From NCBI RefSeq assembly GCF_963921235.1, contig NC_086097.1, positions 59,150,001-59,214,000 on the forward strand: a stretch of 64,000 nt of DNA. The letters are read 5' to 3'. This document shows positions 25,350-39,157 of the stretch, in pieces. Made by a program: the position numbers and the translations under genes. The notes under the pieces are model-generated. The model was not told the DNA's origin. It did no database searches and was given only the letters and a program-made list of their open reading frames with translations. Every line of letters starts with the position of its first letter. Positions within the stretch are counted from its first letter, which is position 1. Source of the DNA: Mobula hypostoma. Lineage: Eukaryota.

Positions 25350-28222
25350 TGTATCTGTCTGCAATTTATTCTTAAATGTTAAAAAAGAACCCGCATTTAC
25401 CACCTCATCTGGCAGCTCATTCCATATTCCCACCACTCTCTGTGAGAAGAAGCCCCCCCTAATGTTCCCTTTAAACCTTTCTCCCCTCACCCTTAACCCG
25501 TGTCCTCTGGTTTTTTTCTCCCCTTGCCTCAGTGGAAAAAGCCTGCTTGCATTCACTCTGTCTATACCCATCATAATTTTATATACCTTTATCAAATCAC
25601 CCCTCATTCTTCTACGCTCCAGGGAATAAAGTCCTAATCTATTCAACCGTTCTCTGTAACTGAGTTTCTCAAGTCCCGGCAACATCCTTGTAAACCTTCT
25701 CTGCACTCTTTCAACCTTATTTATATCCTTCCTGTAATTTGGTGACCAAAACTGAACACAATACTCCAGATTCAGCCTCACCAATGCCTTATACAACCTC
25801 ATCATAACATTCCAGCTCTTATACTCAATACTACGATTAATAAAGGCCAATGTACCAAAAGCTCTCTTTACGACCCTATCTACCTGTGACGACACTTTTA
25901 GGGAATTTTGTATCTGTATTCCCAGATCCCTCTGTTCTACTGCACTCCTCAGTGCCTTACCATTAACCCTGTATGTTCTACTTTGGTTTGTCCTTCCAAC
26001 ATGCAATACCTCACACTTGTCTGTATTAAACTCCATTCGCCATTTTTCAGCCCATTTTTCCAGCTGGTCCAAGTCCCTCTGCAGGCTCTGAAAATCTTCC
26101 TCACTGTCTGCTACACCTCCAATCTTTGTATCATCAGCAAATTTGCTGATCCAATTTACCACATTATCATCAAGATCATTGATATAGATGACAAATAACA
26201 ATGGACCCAGCACTGATCCCTGTGACAAACCACTAGTCACAGGCTTCCACTCAGAGAAGCAATTCTCTACCACCACTCTTTGGCTTCTTCCATTGAGCCA
26301 ATGTCTAATCCAATTTACCACCTCTCCATGTATACCTAGCGAGTGAATTTTCCTAACCTCCCATGCGGGACCTTGTCAAAGGCCTTACTGAAATCCATGT
26401 AGACAATATCCACTGCCTTCCCTTCATCCACTTTCCTGGTAACCTCCTCAAAAAACTCCAATAGATTGGTCAAACATGACCTACCACGCACAAAGCCATG
26501 TTGACTCTCCTTAATAAGTCCCTGTCTATCCAAATGCTTGCAGATTCTGTCTCTTAGTACTCCCTCCAATAACTTACCTACTACCGCCGTTAAACTCACC
26601 GGCCTATAATTTCCCGGATTACTTTTCGATCCTTTTTTAAACAATGGAACAACATGAGCCACTCTCCAATCCTCCAGCACCTCACCCGTAGACAATGACA
26701 TTTTAAATATTTCTGCCAGGGCCCCCGCAATTTCAACACTAGTCTCCTTCAAGGCCCGAGGGAACACTTTGTCAGGTCCCAGGGATTTATCCACTTTAAT
26801 TTTCCTCAAGACAGCAAGCACCTCCTCCTTTTCGATCTGTACAGTTTCCATGATCTCACTACTTGATTCCCTCAATTTCATAGACTTCATGCCAGTTTCC
26901 TTAGTAAATACAGACGCAAAAAACCTATTTAAGATCTCCCCCATTTCCTTTGGTTCCGCACATAGCCGACCACTCTGATCTTCAAGAGGACCAATTTTAT
27001 CCCTTACAATCCTTTTGCTCTTAATATACTTGTAAAAGCTCTTTGGATTATCCTTCACTTGGACTGCCAAGGCAACCTCATGTCTTCTTTTAGCCCTCCT
27101 GATTACTTTCTTAAGTATTTTCTTGCACTTCTTATACTCCTCAAGCACCTGATTTACTCCCTGTTTCCTATACATTTCATACAACTCCCTCTTCTTCTTT
27201 ATCAGAGTTGCAATATCTCTTGAGAACCAAGGTTCCTTATTCCTATTCAATTTACCTTTAATCCTGACAGGAACATACAAACTCTGCACTCTCAAAATTT
27301 TCCCTTTGAAGGCTTCCCACCTACCAATCACATCTTTGCCAGAGAACAACCTGTCCCAATCCACGCTTTTTAGATCCTTTCTCATTTCTTCAAATTTGGC
27401 CTTCTTCCAGTTCAGAATCTCAACCCTAGGACCAGATCTATCCTTGTCCATGATCAAATTGAAACTAATGGTGTTATGATCACTGGAACCAAAGTGCTCC
27501 CCTATACAGACTTCCGTCACTTGCCCTAACTCGTTTCCTAACAGGAGATCCAATATTGCATCACCTCTAGTTGGTCCCTCTATATATTGATTTAGAAAAC
27601 TTTCCTGAACTCATTTTACAAACTCTAAACCATCTAGACCCCTAACAGTATGGGAGTCCCAATCAATGTATGGAAAATTAAAATCCCCTCCCACCACAAC
27701 TTTATGTTTCCTGCAGTTGCCTGCTATCTCTCTGCAGATTTGCTCTTCCAATTCTCGTTGACTATTGGGTGGTCTGTAATACAATCCCACTAATGTGGCC
27801 ATACCTTTCCTGTTTCTCAGCTCCACCCATAAGGACTCAGTAGACAAGCCCTCTAATCTGTCCTGCCTGAGCATTGCTGTAATATTTTCCCTAACAAGTA
27901 ATGCTACTCCCCCACCTTTCATTCCTCTGCCTCGATCACATCTGAAACATCGGAACCCTGGAATATTAAGCTGCCAGTCCTGCCCCTACTGTAGCCAAGT
28001 TTCACTAATTGCTATAACATCATAATTCCACGTGTCAATCCACGCCCTCAACTCATCCGCCTTCCCCGCAATACTCCTAGCATTGAAATATATACACCTC
28101 AGAAGATTTTTACCACCACTCACAACCTTTCTATCAGTGGATTTGCTTAAACTTTCAACATCATTTATTTTCACCCCAGCCACACTGTCAGCTCTGGCAC
28201 TCTGGTTCCCATCCCCCTGCAA
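25350..28222 (-). pseudogene. CR1 ORF2 (APE endonuclease + RT), broken by a few stops and frameshifts
   Basis: ORF pieces 27986-28222, 27611-27922, 26336-27553 and 25218-26321 contain YFNARS, ISETW, GDFNFP, SDH, NYRPVSL, YMDFSKAFD, QGSVLGP and KFADDTK. Confidence 0.95.
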
Positions 28223-28224
28223 AT

Positions 28225-28911
28225 CTAGGTTAAAGCCTCCCCAATAGCACTAACAAACCTCCCTGAAAGGATATTGGTCCCCCTGTAGTTCAAGTGTAAC
28301 CCGTCTCTCTTGTACAGGTCCCACCTGCCCCAGAAGAGGTCCCAATGATCCTGAAATCTGAAACCCTGCCCCCTACACCAGTTCCTCAGCCACTTGTTCC
28401 TCTTCCAGAGCATCCTATTCCTACCCTCACTGAGACGTAGCACAGGTAGCAATCCTGAGATTACCACCCTTGAGGTCCTGCTTTTCAACTTCCTACCAAG
28501 CTCTCTATACTCACTGTCCAGGACCTCCTCACTCTTCCTTGCTATGTCATTGGTACCGATGTGCACCACGACATCTGGCTGGTCACCCTCCCACTCCAGA
28601 ATGTCAAGCAATCGATCAGAGACATCCTTGACCCCAGCACCCGGGAGGCAACAAACCATCCTGGATTCTCTGTCACGACCACAGAACCTCCTATCTGCAC
28701 CTCTAACTATCGAATCCCCTATCACTACTGCTCTCCTCTTTTTCCACCCTCCCTTCTGCACTGCAGAGCCAGACTCAGTGCCAGAGATCCGGCTACTGCA
28801 GCTTGTCCCAGGTAAGTCATCTCCCCCAACAGTATCCAATGCGGTATACTTGTTGTTGAGGGGAATGGCCATGGGGAATCCTGCTCTGCTTGCCCTTTCC
28901 TCTTCCCTCAC
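28225..28911 (-). pseudogene. CR1 ORF1 SGNH/GDSL esterase domain (5'-truncated)
   Basis: VVIGDSIVRG, CLPGA, VVVHIGTND and DGLHLN..G motifs in an open frame. Confidence 0.92.
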
Positions 28912-30889
28912 CTAACAGTGACCCAATTTCCTGTCCTGTGCTCCTTTGGCATAACTACTTCCCTGTAGCTACTATCTATAATCTCCTCATTCTCCCGAAT
29001 GATCCGCAGGTCATCCAACTCCTGCTCCATTAGTAATGATCTTTCAAGAATCATTGGATTCTAGCATGGTTCCAGAGGACGTGAAAATTGCAAATCTCAC
29101 TCCACTCTTCAAGAACGGAGGGAGGCAGAAGAAAGAATGTTATAGTCCAATTAGCCTGACCTCAGTGGTTGGGAAGATGTTGGAGTCTGTTGCTAAGGCT
29201 GTGGTTTTGGGGTACCTGGAGGCACATGACAAAATAGACGAAGTCTGCATGTTTACCTTTAGGGAGAATTTTGTCTGACAAATCTTTTGGAATAGTTTGA
29301 AGAAATAACAAGCAGGATAGACAAAGTTGGATGTTGTGTACTTGGATTTTCAGAAGGCATTTGACAATGTGCCATACTTGAGGCTGCTTAACAAATTAAG
29401 AGCTCATGGTATTACGAGAAAGATACTAGCGTGGATAAGAGAGTGGCTGATTGGCAGGAAGCAAAGACTGGGAATAAAGGGAGCCTTTTCTGGTTAGAGG
29501 TGATTATTGCTGTTCCACTGGGGTCTGTGTTCTTCGCTAATGATTTGGATGATGGAATTGATGGCTTTGTGGCCAAGTTTGCGGATGATATAAAGATAGA
29601 TGGAGGGTTAGATAGTGCTGAGGAAGCAGGGAGGCTACAAAAAGACAGGCAGATTAGGAGAATGGGCAAAAAGGTGGTAGATGAAATATAATGTCAGGAA
29701 ATATATGGTCATGCACTTTCAGTACAGCATTGTGGGCTGAAGGGCCTGTATTCTGCAGTAGGTTTTCTGTGTTTTATGGGTAAAAACATAGACAATTTTC
29801 TAATCAGGAGTGAATTTAAAAATCTGAGGTGCAAAGGGTTTGGTAGTCCTCGTGCAGGATTTAACTTGTTGGCTGAATCGATGGTGAGGAAGGCAAGTGA
29901 AGTGTTAGCATTTATTTCAAGAAAATTTGAATATAAAAGCAGAAATTTAATGCTGAGGCTTTATAAGGCACTGGCGAGGCTTCAGTTGGAGCATTGTAAG
30001 CAGTTTGGGCCCCTTATTTAAGAAAGGATATGATGACATTGGAGTGGGTTCAGAGGAGGTTCACCAGAATTATTCCAGAAATTAATGGGTTATCATGATA
30101 GCAGTGTTTAAAGGCTCTGGACCTGTACTCAGTGGAATTTAGAAGAATGAGGGGAATCTCATTGAAACCTATCAAATGTTGAATGGCCACAATAGAGTAG
30201 ATGTGAAGAGAATGTTTCTTTTGATGGGCGAATTGAAGACCAGAGGGCACAACCTCAGAATAGAGGGATGTCCATTTAGAAAAGAGATGAGGAGAATTTT
30301 CTTCAGCCAGAGGGTGGTGAATCTATAGAATTCGTTGCGACAGGCTGCTGTGGAGGCCAAGTTATTAGGTATATTTAAGATGGAGGCTGATATCATCTTG
30401 ATTAGTCAGGGTATGAAAGATTATGGAGAAAAAGGCAGTAGAATAGGATTCAGACACAAATGGATCACCATGATGAAATGGTGGAGCAGACTGAATGGGC
30501 CCAGTAGCCTAATTCTGCCCCTATGTCTTTTGGTCTCACAGTTTTAAAGCTGCACTAGCTGCCCAGCTTACCTTTAATAAATAAACAACTTCCACTGGGA
30601 TCATTTTAAAGCATTTACCTGAATGTAATCGTATGGTGAACAAGGACTTGTATCAGCTGAAACTGAAGTGTTATACCCAGTTCACTTTGCAACTCTGCCA
30701 GATTAGTGGAGCATTTCACAGTAATAGTTCTTTAATAAAATCTGAAGGGAGGTAAAATCCTCAAAGTGATTGCAGTAGACTAGACTTTGAAATGATGACA
30801 AAACTATGATAAATTTGACTGGTATCATTATTCCTTTCTGTTATCCAGAAGCTTATTTTTTCAATGTACTTTTTCTCCAATTACTACTT

Positions 30890-31137
30890 CTTAACAGAGA
30901 TAAGGAGGCATTTCTTTAGTCAGAGGATGGTAAATCTGTGGAATTCATTGCCACAGAGAACTGTGGAGACCAAGCTATCGAATATATTTAAAGTAGAGGT
31001 TAGTGAGAACATCAAAGGTTATGGGGAGAAGGCAGGAAAATGGATTGAAATTGAAAACAAGTCAGCCATAACTGAATGGTAGACCTGACTTGATGGGGTG
31101 AATAGCCTAATTCTGCTCACGTTTCTTATGGTCTTAC
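30890..31137 (+). mobile_element. CR1 3' end fragment
   Basis: TEIRRHFFSQRMVNLWNSLPQ; tail tcttatggtctta. Confidence 0.85.
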
Positions 31138-32911
31138 TTAGGCTAAATGGAAGTGTATGCTTGTTAATTTCCTCTTTTTGAGAGGGAAGTATGCAATAAA
31201 TATATTTATAAGGAAGACAGTGTAATCTGGGAATAGGGTTACAAGTAGAAGAATTTAGTTAGAAAGTACTAACATTACTTAGGTAAATTAAATAAGTTAT
31301 CATGGTGTGCAGCATCCTCTTAATTCTAACCTAGTAGTTTGCCAAATTAACTTGTTAACATTATTTAAGTAGTCGTTCTTTAGTTGGCTAATTTTCCACG
31401 TGTATTTATTACTACTCGAACAAGCAAGGCTCTGTTGGCATTATTTCTTGGTGGACAAAGCCCATTTTAGAATGAGTTCAGAACTATCATCATACATATC
31501 AACAACGACAGCGAACATCAAATGCTGTGCCTTTGCAAAGATTAAAAGCTGAACAGTGGCAGATGGTCGCAGAATTTAGATCAGAGTTATGAAATGTCTG
31601 ATCCTCATTAAAAAGTATCTAGATGCAGATCCCTGAAATTGTTCCAAAGTATGTCTAGTGCTATGTGAATAGTTAGTTAAAAGAGTAGAAGATATCAAAC
31701 ATATCCCTCACTGCAACACCGTCATATGTCATATAATAAACCTATAATTATTCTGTTTTCCCATGGAACATTAAATATAAGATGGCCTTTATATTTATTT
31801 TCATTAGTCCTTGTATTTTGTGGAATACAAAATCTGAATATATCCATTTTATAAGGACTTTCTTTTTCCCTACTTACACAGTTTCAGTGTTGGATAAAAG
31901 TCAAATTACAACCCTACAAGCAAATAATTCCTTATGGTGGATATTTTCACTGAGCTATGAGGGAAAAGGGGAAAAAGAAGAACATATTGGAAATGGGTGC
32001 TGAACGTGCAGTGTGCAATGAGATGGTTGCTCCTTTCCAACAACTGAGGTGGACACTTATGATGAAACAATAGTAGATGACATCTGCAGACTGCCAGTTA
32101 CTGGCTGCTGTCAAATATCAAATCATTACCTCAATTCCCCGGCAGCTGACTTGTTAAATACTATACAACATGTTTTATGTATACTTAGTCACATTGTGCA
32201 GACATCACTGGTTATTCCACAGATGGGTTAAGAGTTTGCAGACAAATTTAGATAGATTTACTTTTATGAAAAATATGAATGAATCAATTAGGTCTTTATG
32301 AAAATCCGGAAATATTATGGTGTCTATTTTTATTTTATGCATTCATTCATTTATTAGATGAGGACACCACTTGCAATTCTAGTAAGTTTTCCTGAATTGA
32401 GACAGCAATTCAGAATAAACCGCATTTCTGTTGTAGTCAGATGAAATCCTTTAGAGATTCAAGATTCAGACCAGGTAAGAATGGAGATTTCCTTCCCAGA
32501 CAGGCTTCAGCAAGGCTGATAGGCTTTTGCAGCATTCCACTAGTTTAGTGCTTACCATTGCTGGAGATAACCTTTTATTTTTATTTCCAGATTTTTACTT
32601 GAATTTAGGATATTGGAATTGAAGTTAATTGAATTTAAATTCCACAGATTCCATGTAGGATTTCAAAACTCTCTGTGTCTGTATCAATGGCCCAAAACCC
32701 TGACAACTAGCTTGAGATTACCCCAGTGGACTCTAATACTACATTTCTAATTCCAAATTTATTGACTTGTGTAAATTTAAATTCCCTGCTGCAGTGGTGG
32801 TACTCAAACCCACTTTCAAAGCAATAATCCAGGCTACTAGATTCTAATTCATTAACTGAACTACATGTTATTAAAAAGAAACTAAAATATCATAATATGA
32901 TAAAATCCCTT

Positions 32912-34465
32912 AAAGATTCAAGATTCAAGATCGCTTAATGCCATTTCCACTGCACAAGTGTAAAGGAGAAAAAAATAATTGCAACTCTGGATCCAATGTG
33001 GCACAAAAAAAGACAATGAGATACAGAACACAATAATAAAAACTACAATAAATATAAATAGATAAGATCGCTTACATACATAGATTGGCTGTACAGCCCA
33101 TAAAGTGACACTATACACAGGATTCCCTGTACAGAAGGTGACTGACAGGAAATGATAAAGTAGTGGTGGCGGGGGGTGTGGAAGAGTGGGTTAGCGGGTG
33201 GAGGTGTCAATCAGCCTTACTGCTTGTGGAGAGTAACTGTTTTTGAGTCTTGTGGTCCTGGCATGGATTTTACATCATCTCCTCCCTGATGGGAATGAGA
33301 CAAACAACCCATGAGCAGGGTGGATGATCTCCTTCATGATGTTGCTGGCCGTTTTCCAGTACCTCTCTGTATATAGTCATTGATGGCAGGTAGGCTGGTG
33401 CCAGTGATACATTGGGCAGTTTTCACTGCACGTTGTGGAGCCTTCCTGTCTGCAGCAGTGCTGTTTCCGTACCATGCAGTGATGCAGCACGTTAGGATGC
33501 TCTCTACTGCTCATCTGCAAAAGGTCATGAGTGGTGATGTGCATTGTCCGCTCTCTTCAATCTCCTCAGAAAGTAGAGGCATTGGTGAGCTTTCCTGATT
33601 GTGTGGACTATGTTCTGGGACCATAAGATGTTGTGTGAGATGTGCACTCACAGGAGTTTGAAACTGTCGCAGTTCCCACTGCTGTGCCACCATTGTAAAG
33701 AGGGGTGTGATGGCGTGAGTTCTTCAGAAGTCTCCTGAGATTATTTGCCTGGCACCAGGCCTCAAGCTCTCCTACTTCCTCTCTGTCGACCATTTCATTG
33801 CTGTTGATGATGATCTGATGTGCTGTCAGTGAACTTGATAATGTTATTACTCAGGTGTCTGGCCATGTAGTGATGTGTGAGCAGACTGTACAGCAGTGGG
33901 CTCAGCACACAGCCCTGGGGGTGGGGGGCACCTGTGTTGAGGATGTTGGGGAGGGTGGAGCAGTTGGCATTCTGACTACCTGAGGTCTGTTGATCAGGAA
34001 GTCCCACACTCAGTTGCACAGTGGTGTATTTAGACCAAGGGGCAGGAGTTTGTTCACCACCATCTGTGGGACAACAGTGTTGAGTGCTGAACTGAAATCC
34101 AGAAACAGCATTCTGACATAAATGTCTGTTTTCTCAGTGTGTCAGGGCCATGTGAATGACAGATGCCATGGCATCTGTCACAGAGTGGTTCTGTCTGTAG
34201 TCATATTGGTGAGTGTACAATGTGGCAGGAATGGAGTTTTTGACGTGTGCCATTACCAGCCAATCAATGCTCTTCGTGATGATCGGCGTCAGTGCCACCT
34301 GGAGGTAGACATTTAGTTCTGAAGGTGTAGATTTCTATGGCACAGAGATAATGGTGACTGATTTGAAGCATGTGGGGACAGCAGCCTGGATAAGTGAAGT
34401 GTTGAAGATGTTCGTGAACATATCAGTGAGTTGGTGTGCACATTCCGTGAGTACTTGGCCTGGGA
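32912..34465 (-). mobile_element. Rex1/Babar-like LINE, decayed RT and 3' UTR
   Basis: LNTGAPHPQGCVLSPLLYSLLTH..IIKFTD; EVGELEAWCQANNL; (ttcaaga)n tail at ~32912-32930. Confidence 0.85.
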
Positions 34466-34859
34466 TATGTTTTGAAAATTTCAGGAAAATAAATTATAAT
34501 GGGCATATCCTAATTAAATGTTTAGCCAAATTATTTTGATAAGTAGTAGTCATGCTGTGACCACTTGAGTCGAGTACAATGTTTTCTGATGAAGTTGTCT
34601 ATTGGTGGGTCCTCATGTAGTAGCTGATCAATGACCCACATATTCCAGTGCAGTGTGGGCTAGAGTAAGTGGTGGTTATGTTCAGTGGTTGGGTCTTCTG
34701 GTTTTCCAGGCTCTCCTTTTGTAGCTGCCACTTGTCTGTGGCATAGCCAAGGTTGTTCTCATGTGGTACATCTCCCTTTTCAACAAGTAACACTTATCGA
34801 GATGGAGCTTGTTCGTTTGATAAGTAAGATTTATGGCTCAGAATGTCTTTAATACTTAT

Positions 34860-35175
34860 GGTGTCAGTGTGCTGCAGCAGTTAGTGTTGCTGCTACCAGC
34901 AACCTGGGTCAATCTTGACTTTGGGTGTTCTTTATGTGAAGTTTGAACATGTTGCATGTGGTAACACAAATTTCCAATAGGTGCTCTTGGTGATCTGGTA
35001 GGTTAATAAAATCCTGTACATTATGCCCTAACATGATTAAGTGGCCAAAAAGCATCAGAAAAGAGGGCATGAAGCGGAGAATATGCTGAAATAAGGTGAC
35101 AGTAAATAAGACTGTTACAATTGTTCTTTCAAAAGCCAGCATGGACTCAATGTGCCAATTGGATTACTTCTGTCA
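34860..35175 (+). mobile_element. Highly decayed tRNA-derived V-SINE (HE1-like)
   Basis: Box A-like gcagcagttagtgttgctgc, box B-like gggtcaatc, V-domain-like tgtgaagtttgaacatgtt, and a CR1-like tail. Recognised from memory of the family only. Confidence 0.45.
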
Positions 35176-37220
35176 TTGCAATTAACACTCACTTACCCCT
35201 TTTGTCACTAAGATTTTCAGAGTATTTAACAGATTCAGTTATGTGTGCTTTATAAATTGGTTAAATTAGATGTTAGTTCAAGTAATTTCCTCATGATTGT
35301 GAGGGAGAAGACTAACAAGTAACACACTCTATCATGTACACTGAATGTGTAAATGCTGAACTAGCTGTTCACTTATGGATAGTAAAGCAGAATATTAATA
35401 GTTTTGTCATCTACGCTAATGCAAAGTTTGGCCAAGAGGGAGTGAGCGATGTTGGGATGGATTCGATGAAGTAATTGAAACCATTGTGCTTATATACCCA
35501 CTGATCCATGACCGAACTGGTTATGCTGACAGGTTCAATTAAACCTCAGCAAATATTTTGCTTCAGTGACTTAAGTATGTGATAATCAGAATGTATTACA
35601 CAATGATTATTTCAGCATGAATGGCAAGTCAACCAAAAGTTGTAAAGGGAAGAAAATAACATGTTGAGTAACCCAATTTCTAGTGGAAAAAATCAAATAA
35701 GTTGTGCAAAAGTTTTAGAAAGAATCAAAATGACTGACTACTTATAACATAAGTCAGAGATGTGAGAAAGAATTGTTCTAACAATTGTTTGATGGGCAAG
35801 AAGACCTTCACTTGTCTCAGGGACTTGTTAGAAATGCCAGCTACCATTTCAATTCCAGATACCTTACAGATTTTCTCTAATGAAATCATTTGGCCTTGAG
35901 AGTTACATCATGTCAACTATTATATTGCTGACCTTTTGAGGAGACTAAGCTTTCAAAGCTTGACTAATGGCATTGTAGATACTGGCCTGTATTGATCCGT
36001 GCTGAGAAAGGACAGAAAAAAGATAGGGTCCCTATGTTGTAACTTAATCTCTAACTGTGATCAATTTAAATGAAGATTTATTCCTACATGGAGCGACTCA
36101 CATAAATAATGTATTTTCATATTTAAAACAGTTATAATACTGTAATTAATCAATCTGATTAATTAAGGCAGAAATAACACAAGGACTTAAAAAGCCTAAG
36201 ATGCATGATTTGAAAGGATTGCTTCTATGAACCTAAAAGTAGTCATTTCAAGGTGGCTTGTCATAAACACAACAGATTTGAAGGCACCGGAAATCTTGAG
36301 CAACACACACAAAATGTTGGAGGAACTCAGCAGGTCAGGCAGCATCTATAGAAGGGAATAAACAGCTGATGTTTCTGGTTAAGACCCTTTATCATAGGGG
36401 TCGCCAACCGGTCGATCTTTGAGACTTTCCCAGTAGATCCCGAAGAAAAATCAAAAATAAATACACAAATACTGTTGTAATGTGTGCATTATAAAAGTAA
36501 GTAATACTAATAGGATAATGGTAATATAGCAATATTTTTGCTAAAAAGCTGTTTGTAAAGAGAGATTGTTTCCGGGTTGCGGGGGTTTAGTTCCGTTCTT
36601 TCTGCCCAGTGAGCATATCTGTAGTTCCCCTGCCACGCACTGCATTTTCAGCGTAGGCTGTGCTGCATCAAAGTGACCAATCAGATTAGATAAGAGTACA
36701 GACTGTCGCAAACATCAATATACGGCATGCAGCGAAGCATGCAGTGGTGCAACGGTAGTCAGGATGCACACAGCACATCTTTAAGAAAAAAAGCCGAAAT
36801 AAACAAGCTAATTAATTAGGTGCTGCCCGGCACATAAATGTCGGCTCAGATCAGAGGCGATGCAATCGGCAATCGCTTGTGTTATCCTGATGGCATAGCG
36901 GAGGCTCCACGAAAGAAGGTTCCATTCAGAATGGGAAGAGGAATTTCTATTTACCTTGGTGAAAGACAAGTGTGTATGTATGTTGTGCCACCAAACACGA
37001 GTACTGACTAAAAGAGGGCATCTGGAGTGGCACCGCAACACCAACACCAGGAATTTAAAGACACCTACCCCCCAAAGAGCACAATTCGTGCCTGGAAAGT
37101 TGAGGTGAAATTGGGGTTGAAGGCCCAGCAATTGTTTTCCACAAAACATGCTGCTCAAAATAAGGCTGCTATTGAAACATCATTTCGTGTAAGTCACCTT
37201 TTGACTGAACACAAGAAGCC

Positions 37221-38616
37221 ACAGAAAAAACCATAGAAACCATAGAAAAACTACAGCACAGAAACAGATCTTTTGGCCCTTCTTGGCTGTACTGAACCAT
37301 TTTCTGCCTAGTCCCACTGACCTGCACACAGACCATATCCCTACATACACCCCCCATCCATGTATCTATGTAATTTATTCTTAAATGTTAAAAAAGAACC
37401 CACATTTACCACCTCGTCTGGCAGCTCATTCCATACTCCCACCACTCTCTGTGTGAAGAAGCCCCCCCTTAATGTTCCCTTTAAACTTTTCCCCCCTCAT
37501 CCTTAACCCAAGTCCTCTGGTTTTTTTCTCCCCTTGCCTCAGTGGAAAAAGCCTGCTTGCATTCACTCTGTCTATACCCATCATAATTTTATATACCTCT
37601 ATCAAATCTCCCCTCATTCTTTTACGCTCCAGGGAATAAAGTCCTAACCTATTCAACCTTTCTCTGTAACTGAGTTTCTCAAGTCCCGGCAACATCCTTG
37701 TAAACCTTCTCTGCACTCTTTCAACCTTATTTATATCCTTCTTGTAATTTGGTGACCAAAACTGAACACAATATTCCAGATTCAGCCTCACCAATGCCTT
37801 ATACAACCTCATCAGAACATTCCAGCTCTTATACTCAATACTTTGATTAATAAAAGCCAATGTACCAAAAGCTCGATTTACGACCCTATCTACCTGTGAC
37901 GCCACTTTTAGGGAATTTTGTATCTGTATTCCCAGATCCCTCTGTTCTACTGCACTCCTCAGTGCCTTACCATTAACCCTGTATGTTCTACCTTGGTTTG
38001 TCCTTCCAACGTGCAATACCTCACACTTGTCTGTATTAAACTCCATCTGCCATTTTTCAGCCCATTTTTCCAGCTGGTCCAAGTCCCTCTGAAGGCTCTG
38101 AAAACCTTCCTCACTGTCTACTGCACCTCCAATCTTTGTATCATCAGCAAATTTGCTGATCCAATTTACCACATGCGGGACCTTGTCAAAGGCCTTACTG
38201 AAGTCCATGTAGACAATATCCACTGCCTTCCCTTCATCCACTTTTCCTGGTAACCTCCTCGAAAAACTCCAATAGATTGGTCAAACATGGCCTACCACGC
38301 ACAAAGCCATGTTGACCCTCCCTAATAAGTCCCTGTCTATCCAAATGCTTGTAGGTTCTGTCTCTTAGTACTCCCTCCAATAATTTACCTACTACCGACG
38401 TTAAACTTACCGGCCTATAATTTCCCGGATTACTTTTCGATCCTTTTTTAAACAACGGAACAACATGAGCCACTCTCCAATCCTCCGGCACCTCACCCGT
38501 AGACAGTGACATTTTAAATATTTCTGCCAGCGCCCCTGCAATTTCAACACTAGTGTCCCTCCCGGGGATTTACCCACTTTAATTTTCCTCAAGACAGCAA
38601 GCACTTCCTCCTTTTC
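37221..38616 (-). mobile_element. Young CR1 (same family as 25221-29027), 5'-truncated, 5-bp TSD aagcc
   Basis: TSD at 37216-37220 and 38617-38621; RT ORFs 37426-38241 and 38234-38512. Confidence 0.95.
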
Positions 38617-39157
38617 AAGCCTTTTACAGGTGGCGATTTATTCAAGGAAGCAATGGTCATTACCACAGAAACTGTTTTTAATAACTTTAGAAACAAAAAC
38701 GGCATCACAACCACCATACGTAATATACTGCTTGGCCCTGCAACGGTGACAAGGAGGGTAGAGTCACCGTCAGAGGACGTGAATATTTTTCACTACAGTT
38801 CGATGAATCCCTGGATGTAATGCAAATAGCTCAGCTTGTTGTATTTATCAGAATTGCTTTCCAGGATTTTACAACAAAGGGGGACTTCCTCCCTCTTTTG
38901 CAATTAAAGGAAAGAATGAGAGGTGAGGATATTTACAATGGGTTTAAAAAAATATGTCCGTGAAAATGACATCCCCATTCATAAACTGGTGGCAATTACT
39001 ACTGATGGGGCCCAGTAATGCGCGGTGTGCGCGTTGGTTTTATATCACTAAAAGTCAGTGCCTACTTCGGGTCAACTTACCTATGTGAACTTGCATTTTC
39101 ACAGATGAAAATTGTTAAATCTAAGTACAGGAGCTGACTTACTGACAGACACCTCAC

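Larger units (their letters stand above)
25221..29027 (-). mobile_element. Young CR1 LINE with 5-bp TSD (catta)
   Basis: TSD at 25216-25220 and 29028-29032; (ccatagaaa)n tail; ORF1 esterase and ORF2 largely readable. Confidence 0.97.
22390..30540 (+). mobile_element. Old near full-length CR1 LINE, split by a younger CR1 at 25221-29027
   Basis: ORF1 zinc-finger-like start at ~22795. SGNH esterase (GDSIVR, CLPG, DGLHLN) at ~23220-23700. APE remnant at ~23890-24470. RT is continuous across the insertion (gaagagattgtttaggcatta | gtaatgatctttcaagaa). 3' end at ~30538. Confidence 0.9.

Noticed and set aside
28394..28915. Long antisense ORFs over CR1 and Gypsy (also 9728-10126, 49510-49902, 58228-58665)
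   Set aside because: They are shadow frames of transposon coding sequence.
32330..32870. Possible ancient LINE/SINE tail
   Set aside because: It looks repeat-like but is too decayed to classify without a search.
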